A stretch of DNA of 63,976 nucleotides, filler included, from a bacterium (GCA_027004335.1; 9 parts of 9 records of this genome joined end to end with filler, not necessarily neighbours in it); one strand, 5' to 3'. Numbered from the whole stretch's first letter, positions 40,099 through 50,222 are shown. Translations and numbers: made by a program. Notes: a model not told the origin generated them from the sequence alone.

Positions 40099-41170
40099 AA
40101 GCAGGATAAATTATAACATCGTGGTTGTAATATTTCTCATAGTTGCTTTTGGTATTGTGAATATATACAGTGCTTCTGTTGCTGATAATACCCATAGATT
40201 TTTTTATCATCAAATATTGTGGGTTATTGCAGGTATAACTGCTGGATATCCTTTTTTTAAAATAGATTATCGGGTTATAGGTAAATACTCCATCTGGTTG
40301 TACCTGCTTTCAATTTTACTTCTGGCTGGAGTTCTTTTTCTGGGACCGAGAATCAAAGGTGCACATAGATGGTATGTTCTGGGTCCCTTTTCATTTCAGC
40401 CATCAGAGTTTGCCAAGTTTGCTATGATCTTTTATCTTTCTTTTATCCTCTCTGAGGAAAAGGTAGAGACTCTTGATCTACCCCATTTACTTATTCCTTC
40501 AATTGTGATCTTTCTCCCTGCTGGTCTGGTATTACTTCAACCTGATCTGGGTACATCTGGTTTAATAATTTTAATTGGGGCTGGCGTTCTCCTTATTTAC
40601 GGGATAAGCAAAAGAATCCTCTGGACTTCAGTTGCCTCGGGGATTGCAGGAGCAGTGATCCTCTGGAAATTCATATTAAAAGGATATCAGAGAAGGAGGA
40701 TCCTCGCTTTTCTCAATCCTGAAAGTGATCCTCTGGGAAGTGGTTACCATATTATCCAGTCAAAGATCGCAATTGGTTCTGGTGGATGGTTTGGTAAGGG
40801 ATTTTTAAAAGGTACCCAGACTCAGCTTTCTTTTCTACCTGAGCAGCATACTGACTTTGCTTTTTCCGTTTTTGCCGAAGAATGGGGGTTCGTTGGGGTG
40901 TTTTTTATTTTTATTCTCTATCTTCTCCTTATCCTCTGGGGAATAGATGTGGCCACCAATGCTAAGGATAAGTTAGGCAGGATCCTTGCCTATGGAATAG
41001 TGGTTCATCTTTTTATTCAGGTTATCATAAACCTATCTATGATCACAGGGGCTTTTCCCGTTGTTGGTATTCCTCTGCCTTTATTTAGTTATGGTGGTTC
41101 CTCCACACTCTTCTTCTTTACTGAACTGGCATTACTTTTCAATATTGATGCGAGAAGGTTTATGTTCTGA
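40085..41170 (+). CDS. rodA: Rod shape-determining SEDS protein RodA
   Basis: QPSEFAK, QPDLGT, LPEQHTDF, LPLFSYGGSS. Confidence 0.95.
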   Translation: MQGIKSRINYNIVVVIFLIVAFGIVNIYSASVADNTHRFFYHQILWVIAGITAGYPFFKIDYRVIGKYSIWLYLLSILLLAGVLFLGPRIKGAHRWYVLGPFSFQPSEFAKFAMIFYLSFILSEEKVETLDLPHLLIPSIVIFLPAGLVLLQPDLGTSGLIILIGAGVLLIYGISKRILWTSVASGIAGAVILWKFILKGYQRRRILAFLNPESDPLGSGYHIIQSKIAIGSGGWFGKGFLKGTQTQLSFLPEQHTDFAFSVFAEEWGFVGVFFIFILYLLLILWGIDVATNAKDKLGRILAYGIVVHLFIQVIINLSMITGAFPVVGIPLPLFSYGGSSTLFFFTELALLFNIDARRFMF

Positions 41171-41171
41171 A

Positions 41172-41501
41172 TCAGGAAGAGATTCCCTGTTCAAATAGTT
41201 CTATAATTTTTGTTCTTGGAACAGCCCCTACGAGCTGACCTTTTACACTTCCTTCTTTGATGAGAAGAAGGGTTGGTATTCCTCTAACTCCAAAATTGGC
41301 GGGAGTTCTCTGGCTTTCGTCAACATTTACTCTCACTACTTTTATCTTCCCATCGTAGGTTTTTGATAGTTCCTCTACAACAGGCTCAATGGCTCTACAT
41401 GGGACACACCAGGTTGCCCAGAAATCTACTACCACAGGGAGTGGAGAATTGATCACTTCATTTTCAAAATTCTCATCGGTAACATTCACCACTTCTGCCA
41501 T
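41172..41501 (-). CDS. trxA: Thioredoxin
   Basis: VVDFWATWCVPC, GIPT. GGAGG before ATG 41501. Confidence 0.93.
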   Translation of the reverse strand: MAEVVNVTDENFENEVINSPLPVVVDFWATWCVPCRAIEPVVEELSKTYDGKIKVVRVNVDESQRTPANFGVRGIPTLLLIKEGSVKGQLVGAVPRTKIIELFEQGISS

Positions 41502-41527
41502 TTTATCCTCCATGTTTAAGCTCCCCC

Positions 41528-42289
41528 TTATGGGGAACTTTCTCCAGCTTTTACAATAATTCTTTTAACGCTTTTACCGAAGATCCTTGAGCCGGCACCT
41601 TCCATGATGATTCTTCTAACTTTATTTTTATCATTTATCAGACTTCCTGCAAGGTAGGTAACAGGTGTCTCAGAAAATAGAGATGGTAAAAGAGGGGTGG
41701 TTGGGCCCAGAAGGGCCACTTTCATGGTAGAAGGGAGGATACTCAACATTGGAATAAGAGTCTTATTTATAATTGATGTGGCAGTGATAATGGCAAAATC
41801 TGTTTCAGGGAGGTAGAAGGGGATATCCCAGTCTCTGTAGAAATCCTCCCCTTCGTATGGCTGTTTTTCAAAAATTAGAACTTTCTTCCCCTTTTCCTGG
41901 AGTCTTTTTACCACTGGTTCAAAAAAACCTACCATCCCTACTGTTTTTGTAGAGAGGACCTCAGGGATCTCCGCAATATCCATTTCTTCAAAGGGGGGCA
42001 GTGGTAAAGTGGAATTGAGAGCAGCTATAGCCACTGATCTTTTAAGAAGGTTTTTATCATCTAACCATGGAACTATTTCTCCTATCTTCCTGCCTGCAAT
42101 GGTTCCAGCTTCCCTCAGGGGAGAACAGGTGTAGTCTGTTTCAAACCTGAATGTATAGGCAAGTCCTATCCCCAACTCTGTTTCCACATAAGTATAACCG
42201 AGACCCACTATCACTTCTACTATTTTGGCTTCAGCATTTTGATAGAGAATCTCTTTTAATCTCTTTTCAAATTCAGCGGGAGTAATCAT
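41528..42289 (-). CDS. DUF364/DUF4213 Rossmann-like protein
   Basis: G.GLA, 'A.AALNS', MVG.F.P, IT.TS.IN.T, LGPTTP. Confidence 0.8.
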   Translation of the reverse strand: MITPAEFEKRLKEILYQNAEAKIVEVIVGLGYTYVETELGIGLAYTFRFETDYTCSPLREAGTIAGRKIGEIVPWLDDKNLLKRSVAIAALNSTLPLPPFEEMDIAEIPEVLSTKTVGMVGFFEPVVKRLQEKGKKVLIFEKQPYEGEDFYRDWDIPFYLPETDFAIITATSIINKTLIPMLSILPSTMKVALLGPTTPLLPSLFSETPVTYLAGSLINDKNKVRRIIMEGAGSRIFGKSVKRIIVKAGESSP

Positions 42290-42370
42290 CGTATTTATTT
42301 TAGCAGATTTGAGGAGGGAATAAAGTAAGGTGCAGGTGGTGTTTATTATTACATGAATATACCCCCCTCC

Positions 42371-42400
42371 GGTAGGGGCAGAAAATCATCTGCTCCTACC
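42371..42400. repeat. GTAG-type REP-like palindrome
   Basis: GGTAGGGGCAGA-aaatca-TCTGCTCCTACC, a 12-bp stem with one G-T pair. Confidence 0.55.
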
Positions 42401-42497
42401 TTTTTACCATATATTCATCATACTGCACATTTTTCCAGAAAAATTTGCACTATACTGCACAAAATGCTAAAATTTAAAAAATTAAAGGAATGTTAAC

Positions 42498-42546
42498 ATG
42501 ATCAGAGAGGATTTATTAAGAGAGATTATTTTAGATCAACAGGCAT
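42498..42546 (+). CDS. N-terminal fragment, possibly COG1373 AAA+ ATPase (truncated)
   Basis: MIREDLLREIILDQQA with AAGGA RBS and an upstream TGCTAAAAT. Only 16 codons are visible. Confidence 0.3.
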
Positions 42547-42646
42547 NNNNNNNNNNNNNNNNNNNNNNNNNNNNNNNNNNNNNNNNNNNNTTAATTAATT
42601 AANNNNNNNNNNNNNNNNNNNNNNNNNNNNNNNNNNNNNNNNNNNN
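42547..42646. other. Artificial contig spacer
   Basis: N44-TTAATTAATTAA-N44. Confidence 0.98.
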
Positions 42647-43453
42647 TTAAAAGAACTGTTTGTCATATCCACGAGCTCTCTATCTGCAAGTATAAAGACT
42701 TTGTGAGTAGCTTTTGGATCAGCAGGACCAAAAATTCTATCACCCACACTCATTCCGTTATAAACAGATACAGCGAGATTTATCATCTTTTTAAAAGAGG
42801 ATAAGTACTCAATTCCTGTTACCCTATCGTGGGTAAAAGCTTCTGACACAAGGCTGTAATCAGAAATTTTCCTGTTGGGATATTTGGGGGGGATCCCAAA
42901 AGCAGATCTGTACCATTTCCCGATCCTAAAAGCATGAGTGTAAGGACCCAAGGCAGGAAGTTTGATCTNNNNNNNNNNGATAATAGTCTTCTGTCAGAGT
43001 CTTATCAGGATTAACCTGGGTTAATATTTTTGTTAATCCTGTCTGGTTGGGGTGCCACCATACATTGATCCATGCAGTGATAAAGTTAGCAGGGTGATAG
43101 GCGAGATTAAAGGTTATCTCCTCCAAACTTATTGCAGAATAGGAACCTTTGAGATTATCCAAATATCTCATCCTCAAATATCCCCACAATTTGAGATTTC
43201 CAAGAACAAGGTGATCTGATTTACCCTTAAGCTCCTTTACTTTCTTTGCAAGTTCATTAATCTTCTTCTCCAGATCAGCAATTTTCTTCATCGTCTCCTG
43301 ATGTACAGCAGGTTTAACACCCTGCACACTGCTGGCAGCTGCTGTCACTGCTTTCGCACTCCGCGTTGTGGTCGTCACGGGCTTTCCACCCTCTTCCGCA
43401 TACAACCCCAGAGGTAACAGGAGAAAAACCCACAGTAAAATTACTCTCTTCAT
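42647..43453 (-). CDS. Putative outer-membrane porin-like protein (10-N gap at 42969-42978; 3' truncated)
   Basis: Signal peptide, coiled coil, then amphipathic beta strands (LKLWGYLRMRY, FRIGKW..AFG, AVSVYNG). The two track ORFs are probably one gene. Confidence 0.55.
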
Positions 43454-43558
43454 ATTACACCTCCCTTATTGTTATAAGGCCAGCTAAAAGCTCCACTTAC
43501 CCCTCTGGATAATGTGGGCTCCTCCTACCAGCCTCCGGGTTTCACGAATCTGAGAGAA

Positions 43559-43587
43559 TTTATAACACAAGAATCAAAAGCTGTCAA
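43559..43587 (-). promoter_or_regulatory. Promoter TTGACA-17-TATAAA (extended TG) for the porin-like gene, implying a ~100-nt leader
   Basis: Read directly on the minus strand. Confidence 0.55.
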
Positions 43588-43588
43588 C

Positions 43589-44560
43589 CTACTGAAGGGG
43601 CGTTATCTTATATCCATTCTTTGAAGCAAACATTATAGCATTTGTGGCAATTTCAGTAAGATTTAGCATTCTTGCGACTGAAATATTAACCGCAATCTCA
43701 AGAGCTCGTGGATACTCATAAGGTATTTGCGAAGGAGGAATTCCATTGAAAATCCTCTGAGCAATTTCACATGCCTGAACTCCAAGACTAACATAATCAC
43801 CAACTGTAAGAGCAATAAAAGCACCATTTTTAACAAGAGCCTTAGAAAAAACAAAAAATGGTATTTTGTGGTCCTTTGTATATCTGAGAATTTCAACAAA
43901 AGATCTTCTTGTTACCACAGTAGGATCAGGAATCAACCAGTAAGCATCAATACCACCAGAAAACAATTGGAGAGCATCATAAGTGTCTTCCACAGTTTCA
44001 ACTCTTCCCGCGACTAATTTTAAACCGATACTTCCTGCCACTCTTTTTGCTTCTTCTATAAGATTCTTTGAATTGGCTGGATTATAAAGTACACCAATAG
44101 TTTTAATATTTGGAACAACAGCTTTTATTGTTTTAAGCTGAACATCTACGGGGATTTCCAGTCTGACACCGGTAATATTAGGAGCTTTTATATTCATACG
44201 ATCAGGATTGAGGACTACCGTGAAGACAACGGGAATACCTGGATTTATATATTTCTTTGCTGCAATTAAAGCTCTTGCACCAACAGCAAGCACCAAATCA
44301 GGATGACTATTATTGATTTCCTGGGCGAATGCCTTAGCAAGAACATAATTATTATTCATGTTAAATTCTTTATAGGTTCCTGGACAGTTACTTTTAAACC
44401 CTGCCACTGCATCATTGTAGAATTTGTTATCCATGCTCTTGAGAATATAGATCTTCTTTCCTCCACCCTGCGCAGATAGAATACTACCTCTCACAAGAAA
44501 CAGGAAAGAAAAGAGAGATAATGCAATGAATATAAAAAGTATCCCTCTTGATTTTTTCAA
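43589..44560 (-). CDS. ABC_sub_bind-type (PF04392-like) periplasmic binding protein
   Basis: PD.V.AVG..A, P.VF..V.NP, TGV, IGVLYNP, DA.W..PD. Confidence 0.8.
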   Translation of the reverse strand: MKKSRGILFIFIALSLFSFLFLVRGSILSAQGGGKKIYILKSMDNKFYNDAVAGFKSNCPGTYKEFNMNNNYVLAKAFAQEINNSHPDLVLAVGARALIAAKKYINPGIPVVFTVVLNPDRMNIKAPNITGVRLEIPVDVQLKTIKAVVPNIKTIGVLYNPANSKNLIEEAKRVAGSIGLKLVAGRVETVEDTYDALQLFSGGIDAYWLIPDPTVVTRRSFVEILRYTKDHKIPFFVFSKALVKNGAFIALTVGDYVSLGVQACEIAQRIFNGIPPSQIPYEYPRALEIAVNISVARMLNLTEIATNAIMFASKNGYKITPLQ

Positions 44561-44614
44561 TAGTATCCTCTTTTTTACTTAAATAATATCTAAAATAGTC
44601 GTCTTTGTCAACAA

Positions 44615-46864
44615 TTAAAAGGTCCCTCTGATATAACCCATGACCAATGTAGGCAATTTATCACCACCATATGTTTCACGGAGAGAAGTAGAAGTAATCC
44701 TCACATTATCATCTCCAGGAAATTCCCTATGATTGGGGGCAGCTAAGTTCTTACCATAAATACCTACTTCTAAGCTCTTCAAAACCATATATGAAAGTTT
44801 AACATTCAGGTCCACATAATTACCAAGTTCCTGATTTTCAATATAGGGAACAATCAAACTCCCCTTGAGGGGGTTTGGAAGTTCGTTATATCTGTGGGAG
44901 ATGTAATGTGCTAAGATAGCATATCTGAATCTTGAAATATCTCCCATCACTCCGACATTTACAGTATGGCGCGGATTCTGAAGAACTATCTCCTTGGTAT
45001 CAACATTCTTGGCTAAAAGGTATGAATAATTTATGAAGGTTACAAGTTTTTTGGCAATATACCTCAAGCTCACCTCTCCCCCCATGAAATCCATGCTGGT
45101 CTGGGTAGTGATAAATTTCAGTTTAACCCCTGAGAACTGAATTGCATGCCGATGCTGGTTGTAATAGAGGTCTATATTGAACCTTATGTGCTTACCATAT
45201 TTTGCTGCATAACCAACCTCATAAGCTGTCATCATCTCATTATCCAGATCAGGGTTGGCAAATTGTATTCCTATATCCACTAATTTCTTCAACTTCATCT
45301 GGCTTTGATAAAAAGCAGGTTTCAGAAAAGCTTGTGCCACACTTAAACGAAAAGAATTATTGTTAATAGGTGTTATTATAAGGGCAGCTTTGGGGCTGAA
45401 ACCAGGTTTTGTAACAGAATTCCAGTCATAACGAGCGCCGAGAGTAAATATAATCAAATCAGATGGATAAAACTCATTTTGAAGATAGACCCCTGCCCTC
45501 TCCTCCTTGGAAAATTCAGGTTCAAATACCTTAGATTGGAAATCAGTATATCTAAAGTTAACTCCACTGATTATTCTATCTTTTTTCGCAAACTCGTACT
45601 CGTAAAGGAAATCTCCATCACCCATGTTATTACTACCATAAATATTTCCTAACAATTCCTGAAAAGCTGGTTCATTAATATTAACCTTTGCATAGGTGTT
45701 GTTCCAGAAAACTCTCGCTCTAAAGCCACCGTAATCATAAGAAATATGAAAATAAGATATCCTGCCATGCGTAGGAACTTCGCCCATATCCGAAAAAAGC
45801 TCATCATCAGCATCTATTAACCCAGCACTTAATTTAAGTGCAGAATTCTCAAAAAATTTATACTTCAATACTGTTCTTAAAAGTTTACTTTCAAATCCCG
45901 TAGCATTTTTGTCATAAGCTTTTGATTTCCTGTAAACACCAGATACTGAATAGGAAAGGGTGTCACTTTTCTTTTCATTTACACCTACTGATGTAAAAAT
46001 AGTATTATAATCCCCCACAAAAGAAGAAAAATAATATCCAGGGTTCTTCTCTGGATCAATAGAAATTATGTTAACAACTGTGGAAAAAGCATTTGCACCG
46101 TACAGAGCAGAACCGGGACCTCTGATTATCTCAATCCTTGCAATATCATGCATAGAAATAGGCACTATTTCAGAAAAAGCTATATCAAACATCTGATTAT
46201 TCAATTCCATACCATCCAATCGGAAAAGGGACATATTGTTTGATTCATCTGCCATTCCCCTGGCTCCAATTAAATAATACCCGGGATTATATTCATAAAC
46301 CTCCATACCAGGGACATATTTCAACGCCTCGCCCATAGAAAAAACGATCATCCTGTTTAAAAGCCCCTGGTCCAGAACAGTTATTGCAGCAGGTGCCTTG
46401 GTAGCCTGCTGTCTATGTCTTGCTGCTGTAACAACTACATCTTCCGCTCTGAAAAGCTGAAACTCTTCTTCTAACTCCGATTCTTTTTTCTTTTGGGCTA
46501 CAGTTATCTTAAAAGGCCTCTGTTCATTAGCGAAAAGAAAATAGCTTTTACCACTGACATCAACATAATAAATAAAAATCTCTATGGATGGAACCTTAAC
46601 ATATCTTCCAGGAATAAATCCTGTAAAATAGCCACCAGAACTTTTGCTTAATACAAGGGGCTGATATTCCATTCCACCACTTCTATAACTCAAAATAATC
46701 TGGGAAACAATCTCAGGATTACTAACCTTCAATTTTATCTGGACATCCTTTCCTGCAGGGACATTTATTGGGGGGAAAAACTCTATCAGTTTCAACTCTG
46801 CATGCAGGCTTAAGGAAAAAAAGAAGAAAGGAATAATTAAGATAATTTTTATGAAGGATTCCAT
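44615..46864 (-). CDS. TonB-dependent receptor with N-terminal extension domain
   Basis: VVVTAARH, APAAITV, IEIIRGPGSALYGANA plug motif, C-terminal F. AGGAGG before ATG 46864. Confidence 0.9.
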   Translation of the reverse strand: MESFIKIILIIPFFFFSLSLHAELKLIEFFPPINVPAGKDVQIKLKVSNPEIVSQIILSYRSGGMEYQPLVLSKSSGGYFTGFIPGRYVKVPSIEIFIYYVDVSGKSYFLFANEQRPFKITVAQKKKESELEEEFQLFRAEDVVVTAARHRQQATKAPAAITVLDQGLLNRMIVFSMGEALKYVPGMEVYEYNPGYYLIGARGMADESNNMSLFRLDGMELNNQMFDIAFSEIVPISMHDIARIEIIRGPGSALYGANAFSTVVNIISIDPEKNPGYYFSSFVGDYNTIFTSVGVNEKKSDTLSYSVSGVYRKSKAYDKNATGFESKLLRTVLKYKFFENSALKLSAGLIDADDELFSDMGEVPTHGRISYFHISYDYGGFRARVFWNNTYAKVNINEPAFQELLGNIYGSNNMGDGDFLYEYEFAKKDRIISGVNFRYTDFQSKVFEPEFSKEERAGVYLQNEFYPSDLIIFTLGARYDWNSVTKPGFSPKAALIITPINNNSFRLSVAQAFLKPAFYQSQMKLKKLVDIGIQFANPDLDNEMMTAYEVGYAAKYGKHIRFNIDLYYNQHRHAIQFSGVKLKFITTQTSMDFMGGEVSLRYIAKKLVTFINYSYLLAKNVDTKEIVLQNPRHTVNVGVMGDISRFRYAILAHYISHRYNELPNPLKGSLIVPYIENQELGNYVDLNVKLSYMVLKSLEVGIYGKNLAAPNHREFPGDDNVRITSTSLRETYGGDKLPTLVMGYIRGTF

Positions 46865-46913
46865 CTTTTCCCTCCTAACTATTTTGCATCTTTGCAACAC
46901 CTGAATCCAATCT

Positions 46914-47013
46914 NNNNNNNNNNNNNNNNNNNNNNNNNNNNNNNNNNNNNNNNNNNNTTAATTAATTAANNNNNNNNNNNNNNNNNNNNNNNNNNNNNNN
47001 NNNNNNNNNNNNN
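46914..47013. other. Artificial contig spacer
   Basis: N44-TTAATTAATTAA-N44. Confidence 0.98.
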
Positions 47014-47850
47014 ACAATAGAATTGCAACGGGCCCCCAAGCTTCCCCCGAGACCTCCTATCCTCTGCCCCGGTTGCCCCCACAGGAGCATGTTTTATCAA
47101 TTGAATAAGAAAAAATATTTTGTTACAGGTGATATAGGTTGCTACACACTGGGGTATTATGAACCACTCTCTGCCATGCATACCACCCTTGATATGGGGG
47201 CGAGCCTGGGACATGGTCATGGTATGTTCAAGGTTCTACCTGAGGAAGAGAGGAAAAAGGTTGTCTCAGTAATAGGTGATTCCACCTTTATGCACAGTGG
47301 AATGGCACATCTTCTGAACATGGCTTACAATAAGACCAGAGGTACAATCATTATCCTTGATAATAGAACAACTGCAATGACTGGACAGCAGGTTAATCCT
47401 GCCTCTGGTGTTACTCTTATGGGGGAAGAAACTTTTGAGATAGATTTTAAGGCTCTTGCAGAGAGTTTTGGTGTAAAACATATTCTTGAGACAGATGCCT
47501 GGGATATGAAAGGGGTTTCAAAAGCTCTTGATGAAGCAGAGAATTACGATGGGCTCAGCGTGATTATTCATAAAGGTCCCTGTGCGCTTCTCCCCGAGTA
47601 CAGGAAGAATTACCAGAAAGAACCCATGGTTGTGGATCTGGATAAATGCTCAGGGTGCAAAATATGTCTGAATGTGAATTGTCCTTCCCTGAGCTGGGTT
47701 GGAGAAGAAGGGATCTGGTTCGATAAAAGGGGAAAAGAGCATAAAAGACCCGGGTATGTAGTTATTGATGAATTAAGCTGCACAGGTTGTGATGTATGTG
47801 CTCAGTCATGTCCTTTTGATGCAATTGTAACAAAAGAGAAGGAGCAGTAA
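47014..47850 (+). CDS. iorA: Indolepyruvate:ferredoxin oxidoreductase alpha subunit, C-terminal part (5' truncated)
   Basis: RPP.LCPGCPH, GDIGCY, GDSTF.HSG, DN.TTAMTG.Q, ferredoxin domain. Confidence 0.92.
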   Translation, partial: TIELQRAPKLPPRPPILCPGCPHRSMFYQLNKKKYFVTGDIGCYTLGYYEPLSAMHTTLDMGASLGHGHGMFKVLPEEERKKVVSVIGDSTFMHSGMAHLLNMAYNKTRGTIIILDNRTTAMTGQQVNPASGVTLMGEETFEIDFKALAESFGVKHILETDAWDMKGVSKALDEAENYDGLSVIIHKGPCALLPEYRKNYQKEPMVVDLDKCSGCKICLNVNCPSLSWVGEEGIWFDKRGKEHKRPGYVVIDELSCTGCDVCAQSCPFDAIVTKEKEQ

Positions 47851-47851
47851 A

Positions 47852-48448
47852 ATGGAGACCTTGAATATTCTGGTAGCTGGTGTAGGAGGTCAGGGGATCA
47901 TCCTTCTGAGCAATATTCTCTCTGAGATAGCTCTTGAAAATGGTCTTGAAGTAAAGAAAAGTGAAGTTCATGGTATGTCCCAGAGGGGTGGTTCCGTTGT
48001 GAGTTTTGTGAGGGTTGGTAGCAAAGTTTATTCTCCCCTTGTTCCCGTGGGTAAAGGAGATATAATTCTCTCCATGGAATTGATGGAAACCCTCAGGTGG
48101 ATTAACTACTTAAAAGAGGGAGCCATTGCCCTTGTAAATGATTATAAACTTCCCCCTCCCTCTGTGGCTATGGGGCTTGAGAAGTATCCTGAAAATGTTC
48201 AGGAGATGCTGAATAAAAGGAAAGCGCAATTTTTCATAGAGGATATTGTGAAGGAGGCTGTTAATCTGGGTAATCCCAGGGTGGTAAATGTCCTGCTCTT
48301 GGGGATGCTATCTAAGTTCTTGACATTTGGTATGCAATCATACTATAATGCTATAAAAAAACTGGTTAAACCCCGTTTTGTGGATGTGAATATCAGAGCA
48401 TTTGATAGAGGGGTGGAACTAATCAAAAATAATTTAGAAGGAGGGTGA
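47852..48448 (+). CDS. iorB: Indolepyruvate oxidoreductase beta subunit
   Basis: GVGGQG, SEVHGMSQRGGSV, N..AF..G. Confidence 0.93.
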   Translation: METLNILVAGVGGQGIILLSNILSEIALENGLEVKKSEVHGMSQRGGSVVSFVRVGSKVYSPLVPVGKGDIILSMELMETLRWINYLKEGAIALVNDYKLPPPSVAMGLEKYPENVQEMLNKRKAQFFIEDIVKEAVNLGNPRVVNVLLLGMLSKFLTFGMQSYYNAIKKLVKPRFVDVNIRAFDRGVELIKNNLEGG

Positions 48449-48451
48449 AAA

Positions 48452-49750
48452 TTGATCTGGAATGAAGTAGAAAAACTTCCCAGGGAAGAATTGAGGAAAT
48501 TACAACTTGAAAGATTGAAGAAACTTGTGGAGTGGGTCTATAACCGTGTACCTTTTTACAGGAAAAGACTCGATGAAGCAGGAGTTAAACCTGAGGATAT
48601 CAAGTCACTTGAGGATATCCAGAGGATCCCTTTTACCACAAAGGACGACCTCAGGGATAATTATCCCTTTGGGTTATTTGCAGTTGATCTGGAAGATGTT
48701 GTCAGGATTCATGCATCTTCAGGCACCACAGGGAAACCCACCGTAGTGGGCTACACAAAACAGGATATAGAACTGTGGGCAGAGGTTATGGCGAGGACTC
48801 TTGCAGCTGCTGGTGCTACAAAGAAAGATATTGTACAGAATGCATATGGGTATGGGCTTTTTACAGGGGGGTTAGGACTGCACTATGGAGCTGAAAGACT
48901 TGGAGCTACTGTTATCCCCATGTCAGGTGGAAATACCCAAAAACAGGTGATGCTGATGAAAGATTTTGGCTCCACGGTCCTTGCCAGTACACCTTCATAT
49001 TCTTTGAATATTTATGAAGTTGCAAAAGAGCAGGGCATTGATATAAAAGAGTTGCCCTTGAGAATAGGAGTTTTTGGCGCTGAACCCTGGTCCGAGAATA
49101 TGAGGAGAGATATTGAAGAAAAGATGGGGATCGATGCTATTGATATATATGGGTTAAGCGAAATTATTGGGCCGGGGGTTTCTTCTGAATGTGTTGAGGC
49201 TAAGGAAGGTCTGCATGTTTTTGAAGATCATTTCCTGGTAGAGGTAATTAATCCTGCAACAGGAGAGGTTCTCCCCTACAATGAAAAAGGCGAGCTTGTT
49301 TTTACCACTTTAACAAAACAGGCTTTTCCCCTTCTGAGGTACAGGACGAGAGATATAACATGGCTGAACCCTGAGCCATGTAAGTGTGGAAGAACAACTG
49401 TTAGAATGGCAAGAGTTGCAGGTAGAACAGATGACATGCTCATCATTAGAGGTGTTAATGTATTTCCGTCCCAGATTGAGCATATTCTTCTCGAATACGA
49501 GGGGGTGAGCCCTCATTATCTTATTGTGGTTGATAGAGTAGGTGCACTTGATAATATGGAGGTTCAGATAGAAGTCACAGAGGATATTTTCTCAGATGAG
49601 ATTAAAAAACTTGAATGGCTTGCAAGAAAAATAGAGAATGATATTAAAGATCTTGTTGGTGTCAGTGCTAAGGTGAAATTAGTTGAGCCAAAGACTATTG
49701 AAAGAAGCGTCGGAAAAGCCAAAAGAGTAATTGATAAAAGGAAACTTTAA
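48452..49750 (+). CDS. paaK: Phenylacetate-CoA ligase
   Basis: [40 protein letters not shown]. Confidence 0.93.
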   Translation: MIWNEVEKLPREELRKLQLERLKKLVEWVYNRVPFYRKRLDEAGVKPEDIKSLEDIQRIPFTTKDDLRDNYPFGLFAVDLEDVVRIHASSGTTGKPTVVGYTKQDIELWAEVMARTLAAAGATKKDIVQNAYGYGLFTGGLGLHYGAERLGATVIPMSGGNTQKQVMLMKDFGSTVLASTPSYSLNIYEVAKEQGIDIKELPLRIGVFGAEPWSENMRRDIEEKMGIDAIDIYGLSEIIGPGVSSECVEAKEGLHVFEDHFLVEVINPATGEVLPYNEKGELVFTTLTKQAFPLLRYRTRDITWLNPEPCKCGRTTVRMARVAGRTDDMLIIRGVNVFPSQIEHILLEYEGVSPHYLIVVDRVGALDNMEVQIEVTEDIFSDEIKKLEWLARKIENDIKDLVGVSAKVKLVEPKTIERSVGKAKRVIDKRKL

Positions 49751-49765
49751 AAAGGAGAGAGAGAG

Positions 49766-50197
49766 ATGCTTGTTAAACAATTATCCATTTTTCTTGAAAA
49801 TAGATCAGGTAGGCTGGAAGAAATAACGGGGATACTGGAGAGAAATGATATTAATATCAGGGCACTTTCCCTTGCTGATACAAGTGATTTCGGGATATTA
49901 AGACTTATTGTGAATGACCCTGATAAAGCTGAAAAGGTGCTGAAGAAGAATTTAATAGCCGTGTCCATCAATAATGTTGTGGCTGTTGTTGTCCCTGATA
50001 AACCTGGTGGACTCCACTCTATTCTTATTCCTCTCAGAGATTCAGGTATAAATATTGAGTATATGTATGCTTTTCTTGCGAAGCACAAGGATGATGCCGT
50101 AATAATTTTCAGATTTGAAAACCCTGAATCTGCCGTTGAAGTACTTCAAAATGCCGGAGTAACTCTTATCAGTTCCGATGAACTTTTGAAAATGTAA
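49766..50197 (+). CDS. ACT-domain amino-acid-binding protein
   Basis: QLSIFLEN..GRL, ADT.DFGILR, D.PGGL, NIEYMYAF; usual partner of paaK/ior. Confidence 0.9.
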   Translation: MLVKQLSIFLENRSGRLEEITGILERNDINIRALSLADTSDFGILRLIVNDPDKAEKVLKKNLIAVSINNVVAVVVPDKPGGLHSILIPLRDSGINIEYMYAFLAKHKDDAVIIFRFENPESAVEVLQNAGVTLISSDELLKM

Positions 50198-50222
50198 AAG
50201 GGGGGAAAGCCCCCTTTTTTTT
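50196..50222. terminator. Bidirectional rho-independent terminator
   Basis: AAAAGGGGG...CCCCCTTTTTTTT between convergent genes. Confidence 0.75.

Noticed and set aside
41172-41501. WCVPC instead of WCGPC in thioredoxin
   Set aside because: A common variant with both cysteines retained.
43470-43545. SAM-I riboswitch (fragments TTATCCAGAG, CTGGCC, TGAAACCCGG)
   Set aside because: The fragments are in the wrong order, and the GCAACC...GGTGC P3 core and the 3' P1 strand are missing. Kept only as an unclassified structured leader.
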